From Elusimicrobiota bacterium (lineage in GTDB: Bacteria > Elusimicrobiota > Elusimicrobia > Elusimicrobiales > UBA9959): a stretch of DNA of 64,000 nt. The stretch is from positions 82,233-146,232 of the forward strand of contig JACRER010000079.1 of the NCBI GenBank assembly GCA_016234365.1, written 5' to 3'. This document shows, one piece after another, positions 8,710-19,677 of the stretch; the first letter of the stretch is position 1; each line of letters begins with the position of its first letter. Below the pieces are notes generated by a model. It was not told where the DNA came from. It saw only the letters and a program-made list of their open reading frames with translations, and searched no databases. The translations under genes and the position numbers were made by a program.

Positions 8710-9429
8710 ATGAGACACATTAAACTCGGGGTAAACATAGACCACGTGGCCACGCTGCGCCAGGCGCGCAGGGAAAAGAACCCGGACACCGTAGAGGCCG
8801 CGCGCGTGGTGTACAGCTCCGGCGGCGACCTGGTGGTGATGCACCTGCGCCAGGACCGCAGGCACATACAGGATTCCGATATCGAAAGGGTGCGCAACGA
8901 GGTGAAGGGCCTCATCCACCTGGAAATGGCCGCCGTGCCCGAAATGGAGAAGATAGCGCTGCGTCTGCGGCCCGATTCCGTCTGCCTCGTGCCCGAGGGC
9001 CCGAAGGAAGTTACCACCCAGGGCGGCCTGAAGCTGGAAGGCAAGCAGACCGAGCTGGCCAAGATCATCAAGAACCTGTCCAACGCCGGCCTGTCCGTGA
9101 GCCTGTTCACCGACCCGGAACCCGGCGCCATCCGCGCCGCCCACAACCTGGGCGCCGACAGCATAGAGCTGTGCACCAGCAAGTATTCCGAGGCCTGGGG
9201 AAAGAAGCTGCAGGCCAAGGAGCTGGAGAAGCTGCAGCTGGCCGGCTTCCTGGTGAAAGAGCTCAAGATGGAACTTCACGCCGGGCACGGCCTGGATTAT
9301 TACAACGTGGCGCCGGTGGCCCGCATCGAGGGCATGGACTGCCTCAACATCGGCTACTCCATAATTTCCAGGGCCATGTTCGTGGGCCTTAAAACCGCCG
9401 TTTCCGAGATGAAACGGCTGATACAGTAA
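8710..9429 (+). CDS. pdxJ: Pyridoxine 5'-phosphate synthase
   Basis: LGVNIDHVATLRQAR, HLRQDRRHIQ, HAGHGL motifs. Confidence 0.96.
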   Translation: MRHIKLGVNIDHVATLRQARREKNPDTVEAARVVYSSGGDLVVMHLRQDRRHIQDSDIERVRNEVKGLIHLEMAAVPEMEKIALRLRPDSVCLVPEGPKEVTTQGGLKLEGKQTELAKIIKNLSNAGLSVSLFTDPEPGAIRAAHNLGADSIELCTSKYSEAWGKKLQAKELEKLQLAGFLVKELKMELHAGHGLDYYNVAPVARIEGMDCLNIGYSIISRAMFVGLKTAVSEMKRLIQ

Positions 9430-9511
9430 CTTTCTACTCTGAGCGCGGGCGGCGTGATGCGGCTTTAAGGGCCGTCTCAGCCGTCCGCGGCATAAAGGGA
9501 CGCGAGGGATT

Positions 9512-11386
<1,875 letters not shown>

Positions 11387-11388
11387 GT

Positions 11389-11748
11389 ATGCCGCGCAAA
11401 GCCGCTCCCGCGGTGGCGGGCCTCGGTGTGGACCTGGCGGAAGTGGCCAGGATCCGGCGCCTCGCGGCCAACCCGCGCTTTCTGAAAAAAGTTTTCACTC
11501 CCGGCGAGCTGGCCTACGCGGCGAAGAGCCGCAACCGCTACGAGCGGCTGGCCGCGCGCTTCGCCGTGAAAGAGGCCGTGATAAAGGCGCTGGACGCCAC
11601 CGACCTGCCGCTCAACGGCATAGAGGTGGAGAACACGGACAGCGGCCGCCCGCAGGTCAGCGTGAAAGGCCGCCGTGGCGCGCGCCTGCTGGTTTCCATC
11701 TCGCACACCGCGGCTTACGCCTGCGCCGCCGTCATAGCTTTCGAATGA
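11389..11748 (+). CDS. acpS: Holo-ACP synthase
   Basis: GLGVDL, ARFAVKEAVIKAL, SISH; ATG at 11389. Confidence 0.92.
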   Translation: MPRKAAPAVAGLGVDLAEVARIRRLAANPRFLKKVFTPGELAYAAKSRNRYERLAARFAVKEAVIKALDATDLPLNGIEVENTDSGRPQVSVKGRRGARLLVSISHTAAYACAAVIAFE

Positions 11749-12629
11749 AGACCGCCAACAAAGCCCAGCTGCGGGCGCTGCTGCCCGCGCGCCGCAAGGA
11801 GTCCCACAAAGGGGATTTCGGCCGCGTGCTCGTGGTGGCGGGGTCCCGCGGTATGGCCGGCGCCGCCGTGCTGGCCGCCCGCGCGGCGCTTAAGGCCGGC
11901 GCGGGGCTGGTTACCGTGGCCTGCCCGGAAACCGAGCGGCGCACCATAGCCTGCGCGCTGCCCGAAGCCATGACCTTCGGCGCCGCCTGCGCCGGCGGGG
12001 CTTTTACGCCCGCCGCGGCGGCAAAGATAGCCGCTTTTGCGCGCCGCAAGGAGATAGGCGTGGTCCTTATCGGCCCGGGCCTGGGTGAAAGCCCCGGGGC
12101 GCGGGCGTTCGCCCGAAAACTGCTGGCCGCGCTGCCGGGTCCGGCGGTGGTGGACGCGGACGCGCTTAACGCGCTGGCCGCGGGGCCGCGCCCGCTGAAG
12201 CTGAAAGTTTCTCCCGCAGTTTTTACGCCGCATCCCGGCGAGGCCGCGCGCCTGCTGGGCAAAAAGATAACCGACAGGCGTTGCGCCGCGCTGGCCCTGG
12301 CCAAACTGACCGGCGGCGCCGTAATTTTAAAAGGCGCTGGCACGCTGGTCTGCCTGGGCGGAAAAATATTCAAAAATTACACCGGCGGCCCCGAACTGGC
12401 CAAGGGCGGTTCTGGCGACGTGCTGGCCGGGCTTTGCGCCGGCCTCCTGGCGCAGATGGGCACGGCGCGGGGTTTTACTCCGGAGACCGCGTTGGGCGCG
12501 GCAAGGCTGGCCGCGCACCTGCACGGCCGCTGCGGCGGTTTGGCCGCTAAAAAATTCACTTCCCGCTGCGTGCTGGCCGGGGAACTGCTGGACTTCCTGC
12601 CGGCCGCGTTCAGGAGCCTTGAAAGATGA
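11745..12629 (+). CDS. nnrD: ADP-dependent NAD(P)H-hydrate dehydratase (YjeF C-terminal domain only)
   Basis: HKGDFG, GPGLG, VVDADAL, TPHPGE, GGSGDVLAG. Confidence 0.92.
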   Translation: MKTANKAQLRALLPARRKESHKGDFGRVLVVAGSRGMAGAAVLAARAALKAGAGLVTVACPETERRTIACALPEAMTFGAACAGGAFTPAAAAKIAAFARRKEIGVVLIGPGLGESPGARAFARKLLAALPGPAVVDADALNALAAGPRPLKLKVSPAVFTPHPGEAARLLGKKITDRRCAALALAKLTGGAVILKGAGTLVCLGGKIFKNYTGGPELAKGGSGDVLAGLCAGLLAQMGTARGFTPETALGAARLAAHLHGRCGGLAAKKFTSRCVLAGELLDFLPAAFRSLER

Positions 12630-13597
12630 AGAAGAAAGGGGCCGAAGCCCGGCTGATAGAGCACATAGAGAAGACTTTCCGCTTCCCCGGCGACCGCCGC
12701 CTGCTGCTGGGGCCCGGCGACGACTGCGCGGTGCTGCGGCACGGCGCCGGCCGCGACCTGGTGATCACCACCGACGAAATAGTGGAAGGTACGCACTACC
12801 TGGCGCGCTTTGCCACGCCCGAGGACCTGGCCCGCAAGCTGATGCGCATAAATCTGAGCGACCTCGCTTCCATGGGCGACGTGCGGCCCGTTTCCTGCGT
12901 GGTAGGCTCCGGCCTGAAGAAAGCGACGCCGCCGGATTTTACGCGCCGTTTCATGAAAGAACTGAAGAGGGAAGCGCTGCGCTTCGGCATCTCCATAGCC
13001 GGCGGCAACCTGGCCGGCGCGCGGGAGAACCACTTTTATATGACCGTCTGGGGCGAGACCGGGCGCGGCCGGCTGGTGACGCGCTACGGCGCCAAACCTG
13101 GCGACCTGCTGTTCAACGTGGGGCCGCTGGGGCGGTCCGCGGCCGGGCTGGAGATACTGATGGGTGGACGCGCGGCCCTGAAGAAAAAATTTCCGGGGCT
13201 GGTGCGCGCCTTCTGGCGGCCCGAGCCTATGCTGGCCGCCGGCTCCCTGCTGGGCCGGCGCGGCCTGGCCTCCGCCATGCTCGACAATTCCGACGGCCTG
13301 GCCCGCAGCGCCGCGATAATTTCCGAGCTTTCCCGCTGCCGGGTGATAGTAAGCCCAGGGGAAGGCGCCTGCGCGCCGGACCTGCGCGTGTACTGCGCCG
13401 CCTCCGGCCGGCCGTGGCGGTATTACGCCATAGGCGGCGGCGAGGATTACGGCCTGGTGTTCACGGCGCCGGCGGCGCGCCTGGCGGCGATAAAAAAACT
13501 GCTGCCGGCGGCGCTGGTGGTGGGCCGCGTGGAGAAAGGACGCGGGGCGGTAATAGAGAATTTTAATGGCAAGGTCAAAAGCTTCGAGCATTTTTAA
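12626..13597 (+). CDS. thiL: Thiamine-monophosphate kinase
   Basis: GPGDDCA, NLSDLASMG, DNSDGL, GGEDYGL, C-terminal FEHF. Confidence 0.92.
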   Translation: MKKKGAEARLIEHIEKTFRFPGDRRLLLGPGDDCAVLRHGAGRDLVITTDEIVEGTHYLARFATPEDLARKLMRINLSDLASMGDVRPVSCVVGSGLKKATPPDFTRRFMKELKREALRFGISIAGGNLAGARENHFYMTVWGETGRGRLVTRYGAKPGDLLFNVGPLGRSAAGLEILMGGRAALKKKFPGLVRAFWRPEPMLAAGSLLGRRGLASAMLDNSDGLARSAAIISELSRCRVIVSPGEGACAPDLRVYCAASGRPWRYYAIGGGEDYGLVFTAPAARLAAIKKLLPAALVVGRVEKGRGAVIENFNGKVKSFEHF

Positions 13598-14054
13598 GAG
13601 CGGCTGCCCGGAAGACACCGCGCGGCTGGCGCGCGTCTTTGCCGGGGAGCTGGCCGGCGGCGCCGCGCTCTTTCTGGAGGGGCCGATAGGCTCCGGCAAG
13701 ACCTTTTTTGTGCGGGAGCTGGCCAAGGCCCTGGGCGCTAAAAAGCTGCCGGTGAGCGCCAGCTTTAACCTGATGCGCGCCTACCGCGGCCGCCTGAAGC
13801 TTTATCACTTCGACCTGTTCCGCGCCGGAGAGGCGGATATGGAAAATATAGGTTTGGACGAATACCTGGGCCGCCCCGACGGGATAACCGCGGTGGAATG
13901 GCCCGGGACCGGCGGGGAACTTTACTCGGGGACGGAGCCGCTGCGGCTGGAATTCGCGCTGGCCGGCGGGGACCGCAGGCTGATAAAGGTCCGCGCGCCC
14001 GGAGGGGAAATTCTGGAAAGGATAGAAGCCGGATGGCTGAAAAAGCGACGTTAG
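13566..14054 (+). CDS. tsaE: tRNA threonylcarbamoyladenosine biosynthesis ATPase
   Basis: LEGPIGSGKTFF, YHFDLFR, AVEWP. Confidence 0.9.
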   Translation: MARSKASSIFKSGCPEDTARLARVFAGELAGGAALFLEGPIGSGKTFFVRELAKALGAKKLPVSASFNLMRAYRGRLKLYHFDLFRAGEADMENIGLDEYLGRPDGITAVEWPGTGGELYSGTEPLRLEFALAGGDRRLIKVRAPGGEILERIEAGWLKKRR

Positions 14055-14749
14055 GGATCTGCACCTCGGGTTCGCGGCTGAAGCTGGCCGCGGCCGCGGG
14101 CGGGAAGGCCTTTGAGGCGCAGAAAAAGGTCTTCAACCAGGAGCTGTTCCTGTTCCCGCTGGCCGAGAGCGTGCTGGCGCGGGCGGGCTCGGGGCTGCGC
14201 TCCGTGGGAACGGTCTGCGCCGTGCGCGGGCCGGGCCGCTTTACGGGCATCCGCATTTCGCTCACGCTGGCCGGCGCGCTGAAGGCGCTGGGCGGGGCCG
14301 CGGTCTATACCGTGACGCTTTTCGAGGTGCTCGCGGACCAGGCCTGGGCCACGCCGCAGTTTTGCGCCTGGAAAGCGAGCAACCCCGGCGGCCGGCTGGC
14401 GGCGCTGCTGCACGCGTTCAAAGACGAATATTTCTGCCAGTTCTTCCGTACGGGCGGCAAGGCCCCCGCGGCCGACGGCGAACCCGTGTGGCTGAAGGCG
14501 GAACAGCTTAAAGAACTGCTCGCCGGCGCCGGAAAACTTTTTGCCGTAGGGGACGCCGAGGAAGCCCCGGAGATCTACGGCCTGCTGCCCCCTGGCGCCG
14601 CGGCCGCCCCCAGGGCCGTCTCCAGGGTGCGGCCGGCCGCCGTAATAAGTTCCGCGCTCGCCCGCAAGAACAGGACGCTGAAACCGCTTTACCTGAAACC
14701 GGCCAAGTACGAGCTGGAGAACAACGTGAGCTACGGCCTCGGGAAATAA
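14033..14749 (+). CDS. tsaB: tRNA threonylcarbamoyladenosine biosynthesis protein TsaB
   Basis: GPGRFTGIR motif, C-terminal PLYLK, between tsaE and rimI; start reassigned to ATG 14033. Confidence 0.85.
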   Translation: MAEKATLGICTSGSRLKLAAAAGGKAFEAQKKVFNQELFLFPLAESVLARAGSGLRSVGTVCAVRGPGRFTGIRISLTLAGALKALGGAAVYTVTLFEVLADQAWATPQFCAWKASNPGGRLAALLHAFKDEYFCQFFRTGGKAPAADGEPVWLKAEQLKELLAGAGKLFAVGDAEEAPEIYGLLPPGAAAAPRAVSRVRPAAVISSALARKNRTLKPLYLKPAKYELENNVSYGLGK

Positions 14750-14750
14750 G

Positions 14751-15197
14751 ATGCTGATACGCCGGGCCCGCAAAGAGGATTACGCCGCCTTCGCCGCCAT
14801 AGAGGCGCAGTATCCCGGTTTCCCGGCGTGGGGCCCCGGCGGCTTCGAAACGGAGGAGGGCAACCGCAACTCCGTCACGCTGGCGGCCGAGGCGGAAGGC
14901 GAGGTGGCCGGCTTCATTAATTTCTGGATCCTCCGCCCGCAGGTGCAGCTTAACACGCTGGCGGTGGCCCGGGCGCACGCCCGGCGCGGCGCGGCCCGGG
15001 CGCTGGTAGGGAAGCTTTGCGAGTACGCGGCCAAAAACCTCTGCCGCGAGATAGACCTGGAAGTTAACGAGCGCAACTCCGGGGCCATAGCCCTCTACGC
15101 CGCGCTCGGCTTCGAGGTGGTGGGGCGCAGGCCTAAATTCTATAATAACACCGACGCGGCCCTGCTGATGCGCAGGACGCTGCCGGCCAAGGACTGA
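14751..15197 (+). CDS. rimI: Ribosomal-protein-alanine N-acetyltransferase (GNAT)
   Basis: LAVARAHARRGAA, LEVNERNSGAIALY, GRRPKFY, DALLM; context. Confidence 0.85.
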   Translation: MLIRRARKEDYAAFAAIEAQYPGFPAWGPGGFETEEGNRNSVTLAAEAEGEVAGFINFWILRPQVQLNTLAVARAHARRGAARALVGKLCEYAAKNLCREIDLEVNERNSGAIALYAALGFEVVGRRPKFYNNTDAALLMRRTLPAKD

Positions 15198-15198
15198 T

Positions 15199-17352
15199 AT
15201 GAAAAGAACCATCCTAACCGCTTTAGCCGTATGCCTGTTCGCCGCGGGCGTTTCCGCCGCCGCCGACAAGGAGGCCTACCTGCACTTCATGAACGGTATG
15301 GTGCTGGAGCGGCAGGGCAACTACGATTCCGCGCTGCAGGAATACAAGCGCACGCTGCTGCTGGACCCCCAGTCGGTCTTTGTTTACAAGCAGGCGCTGA
15401 ACCTGGCGCTGCGCGTGGGGAAAGTGGAGGATGCCTCCCGCTGGGCCGACTTTGTGGTTAAATCGGATTCCTCCACGGCGGACAACTGGGTGCTGTACGG
15501 CAACGTGCGCTGGGCCTCCGGGGATATGCCGGGCGCCGGCGCCGCCTACGAACGCGCGGCCGCTCTGGATGAGAACAACCACGAGGCCTTTTACCAGCTG
15601 GCCAGCCTGTGGAGCTCGCGCGACCCCGACCGGTCCGTGGGCTACCTTAAGAAATACCTGGAGCTCAAGCCCGACGACGCGGCCGAGATAAACTACCAGA
15701 TAGCCGTGCTGCACAACATGAAGGGGCGGTACGAGGAAATGAAGCGCAGCCTGCTGAAGTCCAAGGAGGCCGACGCCTATTACCTGCAGCCGCGCTACAT
15801 GCTGGCCAACTATTACGAGACCAAGAACGACACCGCCGCCGCGCTGGGGGAGTATTCGGAGCTGCTGGAACTGGAGAGCGGCAACGTGGAACTGTACGAC
15901 CACGTGGGAGAGCTTTATGCCAGCCCCGCGGTCTCCAGGTTGGACGAAGCGGAAAAGTATTTCCTGAAGGCCTGGGAGCTGGCCAAATCCGACCCCGTGG
16001 CCTGCTTCTGGCTTTCCGTGATCAGCGAACAGCGCCGCGACTTCCCCGGGGCCGCCGCCTACCTGGAAGGCTCCTCCGGGCTTAAGGACGACGCCGGCCT
16101 GACCCTGCGGCTGGCCTATTACTATACCCAGAGCGGGTGCTACGACAAGGCCATAGCCATGCTGGAAACTTCCGCCAAGCGCTGGCCGGACAACAGCGAG
16201 ATAGCGTATTTCCTGGCGCTCGGTTACGACGATACCGGCAAGACGGAAAAGGCCCGGGCCGCGCTGCGGGCCCTGCTGGCCAAAGATCCCGACCATGCCG
16301 AGGCGCGCATGCAGTACGCCGTTATCAGCGAGCGGGAAGGGGATATGCCGGCCGCGGAGGAAAGTTTCCGCCGGCTGCTTGCCAAAGACCCCGGCAACGC
16401 CAATGTGCTCAACTACCTGGGCTATTCGCTGGCCGACCGCGGCCTGAAGCTGGAAGAGGCCGAGGCGCTGATCTCCAGCGCCGTGGCGAAGGAGCCGTTG
16501 AACGGCGCCTACATGGATTCCATGGCCTGGGTGAAATTCCGCCGCGGCGACCTGGCGGCCGCCCGCGCCGGCATAAAGAAGGCCGTGGGGATAGTTTACG
16601 ACGACCCCGTGATCTGGGCCCACGCCGGGGAGATCTACGAGGCCGGCGGCGACTACAGGACCGCCTGGCTGGCCTGGAAAAATTCACGCCTGCTGGACAA
16701 GCCGGCCAAGCGCGCGGCTGCCGACTCCCATTTGAAAGCCCTGCAGAAAAAGATCCCGGCCGCCGAGGCCGACGGCCTGCAGCGCGCCTACCTGGGGTCC
16801 TTCCTCCCGGCGGGCCAGGAATTCTCCTCGTTCGCCAAGGTGGAGGCCCGGCTGCGCGGCCGCACCGTAAAGTTCGACGCGATCCTGCATTTTTCGCCGC
16901 CCCAGGATTTCAGCCTGACGGTGATGGGCCCGCTGATGGCCCCGCTCTGGCGCGCCCGGTTCAGCGGCGGCGGCCTGGAGATGGACTCCATGGAACTCAA
17001 GGAGATAGATCCCGGCGCCTTCAATTACTGGGCCGCGCTGATAACCGGCGAACTGCGCGACTGGTTCTCCGGCAGGACGCTGGCCGGCGGCCGGCTGGAC
17101 GGAGGCTGGGGCGCCAACTGTTTCTCCGGCGGCGGCAAGGAGGTGTGCCTGGACGACGACGGCACCCCCGCCGAGGTGCGTCCCGACTCCGAGCGCAAGC
17201 TCCATTTTCTGACGTCGCGCTATTTCATGCGCAACCTGTACCTGTTCCCCTACGTCATGGAATTCGAACTGCCGCGCGTCTCGCTTAAGCTGACGCTGGA
17301 CGCCGCGCAGATGAACTTTAACGGCGTCAACAAACTGAGCCTGCCCGACTGA
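15199..17352 (+). CDS. Exported tetratricopeptide-repeat protein with LolB/DUF4292-like C-terminal domain
   Basis: Signal peptide, many TPRs including LNYLGYSLADRG and YMDSMAWVKF; non-TPR beta-rich tail from about aa 535. Confidence 0.8.
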   Translation: MKRTILTALAVCLFAAGVSAAADKEAYLHFMNGMVLERQGNYDSALQEYKRTLLLDPQSVFVYKQALNLALRVGKVEDASRWADFVVKSDSSTADNWVLYGNVRWASGDMPGAGAAYERAAALDENNHEAFYQLASLWSSRDPDRSVGYLKKYLELKPDDAAEINYQIAVLHNMKGRYEEMKRSLLKSKEADAYYLQPRYMLANYYETKNDTAAALGEYSELLELESGNVELYDHVGELYASPAVSRLDEAEKYFLKAWELAKSDPVACFWLSVISEQRRDFPGAAAYLEGSSGLKDDAGLTLRLAYYYTQSGCYDKAIAMLETSAKRWPDNSEIAYFLALGYDDTGKTEKARAALRALLAKDPDHAEARMQYAVISEREGDMPAAEESFRRLLAKDPGNANVLNYLGYSLADRGLKLEEAEALISSAVAKEPLNGAYMDSMAWVKFRRGDLAAARAGIKKAVGIVYDDPVIWAHAGEIYEAGGDYRTAWLAWKNSRLLDKPAKRAAADSHLKALQKKIPAAEADGLQRAYLGSFLPAGQEFSSFAKVEARLRGRTVKFDAILHFSPPQDFSLTVMGPLMAPLWRARFSGGGLEMDSMELKEIDPGAFNYWAALITGELRDWFSGRTLAGGRLDGGWGANCFSGGGKEVCLDDDGTPAEVRPDSERKLHFLTSRYFMRNLYLFPYVMEFELPRVSLKLTLDAAQMNFNGVNKLSLPD

Positions 17353-17353
17353 C

Positions 17354-18235
17354 ATGCTTAAACTGAAGGCCCCTGCCAAAATAAACCTCTTCCTGGAAAC
17401 GGTGCGGCGCCGGCCGGACGGCTACCATGACCTGGCCACGCTGTTCGCCCGCACCGGGGTCTGCGACACGCTTTCATTTAGCCGCAAGGCGGCGGCGGGG
17501 ATAAAATTGTCCGTGAAAGGCGGCCCCAGGGAACTGGGCCGGCCGGAGGACAACATAATCCACAAGGCGGCGGTTAAATTCTTCGCGACTTTTAACCTGG
17601 ACCCGGCGGTGGAAATTACTCTCGAAAAGGTGATCCCGGTGGGCGCGGGCCTTGGCGGCGGCTCTTCCGACGCGGCTACGGCGCTGCTGGGCCTGGCGAA
17701 ACTTTATAAAATTGGCCGCTCCGGCGCGGCTAAACTGATGAAGATAGCGGCGGCGGTGGGTTCGGACGTGCCGTTCTTTATGCTGGAAGCCATGGCGGCG
17801 GAGGGTCGCGGCCGCGGCGAGCGGTTGAGGCCTTTTAAACCGAGGGGCCGCCTTCCTTATGTAGTGCTGGCCTATCCCGGAGTTCCGGTCTACACAAAAG
17901 AAGTTTACGGGAACCTGCAACTCGGTTCCACGGCGGAGATAAAGGCCCGCGTAAAGGATTTCGGGCGGCTGTGCCGGCTGCTCCGGGCCGGTAAATTCGG
18001 CAAGGCGGACGCCGGCCTGCTGTTCAACCGGCTGGAAGGCCCTGTGCTGCCGCGCCATAAAGCGGTGCGCCAGGCCAAAGAGCGGCTGGCCGCTTTGGGC
18101 GCGGACGCGGTGATGATGTCCGGCTCAGGGGCCACGGTGTTCGCGCTGTGCTGGAACAGGGCCGCGGCGGCCCGCGTGGCGGCCGGGGCGGGGCGTATCA
18201 GGGGTTACAGGGTTTTTTTGACGAATTTTTGGTAG
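17354..18235 (+). CDS. ispE: 4-diphosphocytidyl-2-C-methyl-D-erythritol kinase
   Basis: APAKINL, RRPDGYH, KVIPVGAGLGGGSSDAA, GSDVPFF, MSGSG. Confidence 0.95.
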   Translation: MLKLKAPAKINLFLETVRRRPDGYHDLATLFARTGVCDTLSFSRKAAAGIKLSVKGGPRELGRPEDNIIHKAAVKFFATFNLDPAVEITLEKVIPVGAGLGGGSSDAATALLGLAKLYKIGRSGAAKLMKIAAAVGSDVPFFMLEAMAAEGRGRGERLRPFKPRGRLPYVVLAYPGVPVYTKEVYGNLQLGSTAEIKARVKDFGRLCRLLRAGKFGKADAGLLFNRLEGPVLPRHKAVRQAKERLAALGADAVMMSGSGATVFALCWNRAAAARVAAGAGRIRGYRVFLTNFW

Positions 18236-18320
18236 AATTTCAGCAGTAGTACATTTGTAACGCTGCCTTGCAGGAGTATGCAACGGGTTTCTGTAGGGGG
18301 GGCGGTAATCAGGGGGGAGT

Positions 18321-18617
18321 ATGGAAATCACCGAAGTGAGGATACATCTCAGGAACGAGGCCCGGCTTAAGGCTTTCGCCACTGTGACCTTTGACAATGC
18401 GTTCGTGGTGCACAACATGAAGGTCGTGAACGGCAATAACGGCCTTATAGTCTGCATGCCGTCCCGCAAGATAAAGGACGGGACGTACAAGGACATTGCG
18501 CACCCTATTCACAACGACTTCCGCAGCAAACTGGAACAGCTCATTCTGAAAGAGTACGAGAATGAGATGGCTAAGGCCGGGCCGATGGCGGCGCCGACCC
18601 AAACCGAAGGCTTCTAA
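18321..18617 (+). CDS. spoVG: SpoVG nucleic-acid-binding regulator
   Basis: MEITEVRI...LKAFATVTFDNAFVVH...MPSRK...YKDIAHPI. Confidence 0.95.
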   Translation: MEITEVRIHLRNEARLKAFATVTFDNAFVVHNMKVVNGNNGLIVCMPSRKIKDGTYKDIAHPIHNDFRSKLEQLILKEYENEMAKAGPMAAPTQTEGF

Positions 18618-18685
18618 GCCCCGAGACGGCAAAGGCTGACCCTTCCCGTACTCGCGGGAAGGGATTTTGCGCTGTAAAGTTTTAT

Positions 18686-18759
18686 TCCCGGGTGGTGTAA
18701 CGGTAGCACAACCGACTTTGACTCGGTTAGACATGGTTCAAATCCATGCCCGGGAGCCA
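18686..18759 (+). tRNA. tRNA-Gln(TTG)
   Basis: TCCCGGGTGGTGTAACGGTAGCACAACCGACT-TTG-ACTCGGTTAGACATGGTTCAAATCCATGCCCGGGAGCCA. Confidence 0.95.
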
Positions 18760-18768
18760 GTTTTAACC

Positions 18769-19050
18769 ATGCCCGCCGCAACATTAAAGAACAGGAACTG
18801 GACGGTGTATATTGTGAGGTGCGCGAACGGCTCCTTGTATACCGGCATTACCAATAATTTGGCGGGGCGCATAGCGGCCCATAACGCCGGGCGCGGGGCC
18901 AAGTATACGGCGGCCTTCGGGCCGGTGGAACTGGTGTGGAAGAAAAGGAAGAAGGACCGCTCGGCGGCCTCCGTGCTGGAGGCGGCGCTCAAGAAACTGC
19001 CCCGCCAGGGCAAAAATGATATTATTTCCGGCAGGAGGAGAGCAGCATGA
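18769..19050 (+). CDS. GIY-YIG nuclease family protein (UPF0213/YhbQ-like)
   Basis: WTVYIVRCANGSLYTGITNNLAGRIAAHNAGRGAKYT; start moved to ATG 18769, past the tRNA. Confidence 0.9.
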   Translation: MPAATLKNRNWTVYIVRCANGSLYTGITNNLAGRIAAHNAGRGAKYTAAFGPVELVWKKRKKDRSAASVLEAALKKLPRQGKNDIISGRRRAA

Positions 19051-19592
19051 ACAAGTCGCGCCTCAAAGCCGTAAATTCCGCCGCCGACATCCCGGCGTCC
19101 CTGCGCGGCACCCCCATAGCCGACCTCCTGCTCTACCACAACCTGGGCAAACCCTTTAAAAAGCACGACAACGCCAGGCTGGTGGCCTGCATGTGCATGG
19201 ACAACCGCAAGCAGCTGCGGCTGCCCGACAATTTCGCCTACATCCTGCGCACCGGCGGCGGCAACATCCGCCACAGCGAATTCAAGGTCTCCTACGCCAT
19301 CGGCATAGGCGGCGTGCGCTACGTGGCCATGATAGCCCACGACAACTGCGGCATGTCCAACCTGTTCTCCAAGCGGGAGGCGTTCGTGAAGGGCCTCATA
19401 AAGAACGCCGGCTGGACCCGCAAAAAGGCCATGGATTATTTCGTGGCCTACGCCCCGCTCTTCGAAATAGGCAACGAGATAGATTTCGTGGTGGCCGAGG
19501 CCCGGCGCCTCAACTTCAAATACCCCAAGGTGAAAGTGCTGCCCATGTTCTACGGCATAGCCGACGGCCGCCTTTACCTGATAAAGAAATAG
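19047..19592 (+). CDS. Beta-class carbonic anhydrase
   Basis: Zn ligands CMDNR (CxDxR) and HDNCG (HxxC). Confidence 0.85.
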   Translation: MNKSRLKAVNSAADIPASLRGTPIADLLLYHNLGKPFKKHDNARLVACMCMDNRKQLRLPDNFAYILRTGGGNIRHSEFKVSYAIGIGGVRYVAMIAHDNCGMSNLFSKREAFVKGLIKNAGWTRKKAMDYFVAYAPLFEIGNEIDFVVAEARRLNFKYPKVKVLPMFYGIADGRLYLIKK

Positions 19593-19677
19593 CGCTAATT
19601 CCAAGCGCGCCCGCCTTTTTAGTAGAATTTATACGTAGTCCTTCCGATCCTTATTTCTCGGTTTTTTTACGGTAACT

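Noticed and set aside
7255-9288. Long antisense ORFs (also 26518-28593, 30742-32715, 52331-53887, 58598-59899 and many others)
   Set aside because: Shadow ORFs opposite well-supported genes, expected from high GC3 codon bias; no recognisable motifs.
9430-9511. Possible glmS ribozyme upstream of glmS
   Set aside because: The spacer is only about 80 nt and lacks the AGCGCC-x-G-x-ACU core.
18667-18768. Extended N-terminus of the GIY-YIG ORF
   Set aside because: It is a translation of tRNA-Gln; the real start is downstream.
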